A DNA stretch of 64,000 bases, from contig CBDCXR010000004.1 in assembly GCA_965223845.1 (NCBI GenBank), forward strand, positions 1,024,001 through 1,088,000. Direction: 5' to 3'. The position numbers and the translations under genes were made by a program. Under the pieces are notes generated by a model, which was not told the DNA's origin, did no database searches, and saw only the letters and a program-made list of their open reading frames with translations. This DNA comes from Planctomycetota bacterium. GTDB taxonomy: Bacteria; Planctomycetota; UBA8108; SXIK01. Shown here one piece after another: positions 60,606 through 64,000 of this stretch (within the stretch, counting starts at the first letter, position 1; the number at the start of each line of letters is the position of its first letter).

Positions 60606-62030
60606 ATGTCCGACGCGACGATCGGCGATGTGCGCACCGAGGCGACACTCGACGAGAGTGCACCCACCGACGCGGCGACGATCCTCGTCTACAACCGCGA
60701 TCCCGAGCTGCGCATCTTTCTCGACAAGGCCTTCTTCCGTGCTGCGTGGACCGTGATCCAGGCGAGTACGAGTGAAGAGGTCCGCGCGGCGATCGAGCGG
60801 CAGCGGCCGGGTTTGCTCCTCGTTGGAATCGACCGCCCCGAGGCGATGGAGTTCCTCGAGTCGGCGAACGAAGCCTGGCCCACGGTTCCCATCGTGGCGA
60901 TCGCTCGCGCCGCGACCCCGGAGCTCGTGTGTGACGTGATGAAGTGCGGCGTTGTCGATTTCCTGTTCGGGTCGATGAACGTCCGCAATGTCGTCCCGCG
61001 TCTGGACGCGCTTCTCGCCCCGACGGATGCCGAGGTCGAATCGGATGTCGCGCTCCCGGCGGAGGCGGCGACGGAGCTCTCGTCGTCGGCCGACTATCCG
61101 ATCATCACGCAGAGCGAGCGGATGCACCGCATCCTCGAGATCGCGCAGACGGTGGCGCCGACGGAATCGACGGTCCTCATCCAAGGGGAGAGCGGGACCG
61201 GCAAGGAGCTCATCGCGAAGCGCATCCACGTTCGTTCGAAGCGCGAGCGCCGGCCGTTCGTCGAGGTCAACTGCGGCGCACTGCCGGAGAATCTCCTCGA
61301 AAGCCAGCTGTTCGGCCACGAGAAGGGATCGTTCACCGGGGCTTCACAGCGTCAGATCGGGCTCTTCGAGGTCGCCGACAAGGGGACGATTTTCCTCGAC
61401 GAGATCGGCGAGATGAGCCTCGACATGCAAGTGAAGCTCCTCCGCGTACTGCAGTTCAAGGAGTTTCGCCGCGTCGGTGGTTCGGACGTCGTCAAGGTCG
61501 ACGTGCGCGTCATCGCCGCGACGAACAAGGATCTCTCGGAAGCGGTGAGCGACGGATCCTTCCGCGCGGACCTCTTCTACCGTCTGAACGTGATCTGTCT
61601 CCAGGTGCCGCCGCTCCGGGAGCGACTGGAAGATGTCTCCGCGCTCGTCGAGCACTTCCGCGAGCGCCTCTCTCGCGACCGGGATTACGTGCCGAAGCGC
61701 TTCCCGAACGAAGCGATCGCGCAGCTCCGGAAATACCGCTGGACCGGCAACATTCGCGAGCTGGAGAACGCCGTCGAGCGACTGATTCTCCTTGCGAAGG
61801 GCGACGTCGTCGAGGTTTCGGATGTCGCCGAACACCTCGGAAAGATCTCGGGAAACTCGCTCGAAAGCCCGTTCGCCACGCATCTCACGTTGAACGAGGT
61901 CAAGCGGATTCACATCGAGAACACGCTCCGCGCGAACGGCGGCAACAAGATGAAGACCGCTCGCATTCTTCAGATCAACGTGAAGACGCTCTACAACTTG
62001 ATCAAGAGCCTCGACATCGAGACGCCTTGA
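60606..62030 (+). CDS. Sigma54-dependent activator (NtrC family) with atypical receiver domain
   Basis: GESGTGKE, LFGHEKGSFTGA, FLDEIG, DLFYRLNV, WTGNIREL, C-terminal Fis-type HTH. Confidence 0.92.
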   Translation: MSDATIGDVRTEATLDESAPTDAATILVYNRDPELRIFLDKAFFRAAWTVIQASTSEEVRAAIERQRPGLLLVGIDRPEAMEFLESANEAWPTVPIVAIARAATPELVCDVMKCGVVDFLFGSMNVRNVVPRLDALLAPTDAEVESDVALPAEAATELSSSADYPIITQSERMHRILEIAQTVAPTESTVLIQGESGTGKELIAKRIHVRSKRERRPFVEVNCGALPENLLESQLFGHEKGSFTGASQRQIGLFEVADKGTIFLDEIGEMSLDMQVKLLRVLQFKEFRRVGGSDVVKVDVRVIAATNKDLSEAVSDGSFRADLFYRLNVICLQVPPLRERLEDVSALVEHFRERLSRDRDYVPKRFPNEAIAQLRKYRWTGNIRELENAVERLILLAKGDVVEVSDVAEHLGKISGNSLESPFATHLTLNEVKRIHIENTLRANGGNKMKTARILQINVKTLYNLIKSLDIETP

Positions 62031-62062
62031 ACGGGAGCGGGATCCGCGCGCGGAGAATCCCG

Positions 62063-62668
62063 CTAGAGCTTGAACTCGAGATGGAGCGGGATCTTGTTCC
62101 GCGTGATCGTGATGCTGATCGCGCCGCCGCTCCGCAGCGTCTCCATCTTGTCTTTGAAGAGACTGAGGTACGTTGAGTTCGCTCCTTCGCTGAACTCGAC
62201 GACCTCACCGTCGATGAGCTCGATGATATCGTCGTCCTGGAATCCGAATCTCCGGAGCAGGGAGTCGTTCGAGATCCCGTAGACCTTGAGCCGCGTTCCG
62301 CCGATGAGCTGACTGCGAGCTTTCTTGAGCTCCCGCGTGTAGTTCGCCGGCTTCTTGATCTCCTCGTAGAGCTCGGCGGGTACGGCGTAGCTCTTTCGCT
62401 CGAGGCGAGTCGCAGCGATTCGGCTGCGCGAATTCGCTTTCAGCTTGTCCAGAACGGCGCGATCGGGCTGCGTGAGCGGAGCGGGCGCGGGCGTCGGTGT
62501 GCCGCCACTCGCCGCTGTCCGCCGCGGGGCGGGGATTTCCCGCACTCCGGGAAGAAACGAGGTCGCGCTCGTCGACGGCGCCCCGCCCATGATGAAGTAG
62601 CCGCCGAGAAGGGCGACGACGATGAGGCCACTCAGGCCGACCATGACCATCTCGACGCGGTCGAGCAT
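62063..62668 (-). CDS. Membrane-anchored PDZ protein resembling the GspC C-terminal domain
   Basis: N-terminal TM, Pro-rich linker, G.RLKVYGI..DSLLRRFGFQDDDIIELIDG, ITITRN. Confidence 0.6.
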   Translation of the reverse strand: MLDRVEMVMVGLSGLIVVALLGGYFIMGGAPSTSATSFLPGVREIPAPRRTAASGGTPTPAPAPLTQPDRAVLDKLKANSRSRIAATRLERKSYAVPAELYEEIKKPANYTRELKKARSQLIGGTRLKVYGISNDSLLRRFGFQDDDIIELIDGEVVEFSEGANSTYLSLFKDKMETLRSGGAISITITRNKIPLHLEFKL

Positions 62669-62993
62669 TGCGCGAAACTCCTGCTCAGGTCAACGATTCC
62701 AGGGAGGCGGCCGGGGGGGCGGGGAATGCGCGCCGGGCCGTTCCCTTCCTCTTTTCTTTTCGGATCGGCGAGACGCGCACGAGAGGAGTCCACGGATTAC
62801 CCGTCAGTTGCGCCGCCGTTTCCCGAACTAGGTATCGGCTAAGCCTCGAATTCGGTGAGGAATCCGGCGCAGCTAGGTTCGGGCGCCCGCCTCGAATCCG
62901 GATTCGCTCGCCCAGCATCATTGGGCCGATAAGGCGGCGTCGCAAGTCCTCGGACGAAAGCGAGCGGCCGGGGGAGGTCGGCTCGCCGATGCG

Positions 62994-63722
62994 TCAGTGA
63001 CCGGACCGGCGCCAGAGAGCGCTCGGGAGTCCGATGTCGACGACGAAGACCTCGCCACAGAGCTCGGGCCCGCGTGCTCGCTCGAAGCCGGTCTTCCGCG
63101 CCGCGAACGTGATCGTCGCTCGAGCGGCGAGAGCGGCGCCGAGCACTTCGCCCGTCTCGGCGTCGAGTCCGGAAGGGATGTCGAGCGCGATGACGGGCAG
63201 ACCCGCGCGCGCGAGCGCATCGATCCATTCGGCGAACGGCGAGGCGACGCGCCGGGAAAGCCCGGTCCCAAAGATCCCATCGATGACCGTTCCGCGAGCG
63301 GGGATGTCATCCGGTCCGGGCGGGGCCGCGGTTTCTCGGAAGCCGATCCCCATCCTCTCGGCGACGTCGCGATGAATCCGCGCGTCGCTTCCTTCCGGGT
63401 ACGGTCGATCGCCGAGGACGATGACGTCGACCGCCTCGCCCGCATTGTGGAGGTGCCGCGCGACGACGAAACCGTCGCCACCGTTGTTCCCGGGTCCACA
63501 AACGACGGTGTAGGGCGCTTTCAGTCCGCTGTCACCGCGCGCCGCGAGCCGGCGAATGATCCGCGCCGCGCCGGCGCCGGCGTTTTCCATGAGGGTGATG
63601 CTCGGAAGTCCGTAGCGCTGGGTCGCGTCCCGGTCCCACGCCCGGATGACCGCCGGGGGAAACGCCCGGTCGGGGACGGCGCCGGAGACCGACGCGGCGT
63701 CCGCGGGCGGTTGTCGATTCAT
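62994..63722 (-). CDS. nnrE: NAD(P)H-hydrate epimerase (stand-alone YjeF N-terminal domain)
   Basis: LMENAG, CGPGNNGGDG, DGIFGTG, DIPSG, DIG. Confidence 0.9.
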   Translation of the reverse strand: MNRQPPADAASVSGAVPDRAFPPAVIRAWDRDATQRYGLPSITLMENAGAGAARIIRRLAARGDSGLKAPYTVVCGPGNNGGDGFVVARHLHNAGEAVDVIVLGDRPYPEGSDARIHRDVAERMGIGFRETAAPPGPDDIPARGTVIDGIFGTGLSRRVASPFAEWIDALARAGLPVIALDIPSGLDAETGEVLGAALAARATITFAARKTGFERARGPELCGEVFVVDIGLPSALWRRSGH

Positions 63723-64000
63723 CGCTTCACCGTGGGAATGTAGCGGTAGTAGGTCTCGAGCGTCAGGACGTTGATCGCAGTCGCGTACACGCGACCGCCG
63801 CTGTACCCGATCCAGCTCGGCTCGGGAGGCCAGCTGCCGTCCGCGTGCACCGCACCGCTCTGCGTCGCACGAAGCTCGCGCACCACGAAGTGGTTCCAGG
63901 CCTGCCACGCCTCGGGATGGGACTCGGCGCCGAACAGAAAGAGCGCGAGCGTTGCCGTGTACCAGTAGTAGTACGACTGAAACGTGTCGCTCCAGCGACC
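63719..64000 (-). CDS. Prenyltransferase/squalene-cyclase repeat protein, C-terminal fragment (5' truncated by window)
   Basis: Translated from DNA: ...YYYWYTATLALF...GSWPP...GGRVYATAINVLTLETYYRYIPTVKR*; ATGA overlap with the nnrE start. Confidence 0.7.
   Translation of the reverse strand, partial: GRWSDTFQSYYYWYTATLALFLFGAESHPEAWQAWNHFVVRELRATQSGAVHADGSWPPEPSWIGYSGGRVYATAINVLTLETYYRYIPTVKR

Overview
GC-rich bacterial chromosome segment, most likely from a Planctomycetota lineage. This is inferred from the ribosomal gene order lacking rpmD/adk/rpsD, the RGDxNxDG dockerin-like C-termini and a planctomycete-type prenyltransferase-repeat gene. Bases 1-19.4 kb hold the 3' part of rpoC, rpsL-rpsG (no fusA/tufA follows) and the S10-spc-alpha ribosomal protein cluster through rplQ. 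Bases 19.7-21.8 kb encode a PrsA/SurA-like foldase and a lipoprotein alpha/beta hydrolase. The standout is 22.8-46.7 kb: a tandem array of nine related secreted, acidic, Cys-rich proteins with no recognisable catalytic domain. Each has 2-3 cohesin-like beta domains plus one C-terminal dockerin-like EF-hand pair. The array is followed by a ~1940-aa lipoprotein carrying FG-GAP, Ig/FN3, cohesin-like, IPT/TIG and dockerin-like modules. My inference is an enzyme-free, self-polymerising cohesin-dockerin surface lattice with a lipid anchor, rather than a cellulosome. Bases 47-64 kb hold a metallophosphoesterase, yidC, mnmE, nrdR, smc, a pentapeptide-repeat protein, a degenerate and an apparently intact sigma54 activator, a GspC-like PDZ protein, nnrE and a partial prenyltransferase-repeat gene. 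I saw no tRNA, rRNA, CRISPR array or mobile element. All domain calls are by-eye motif recognition, not HMM results.
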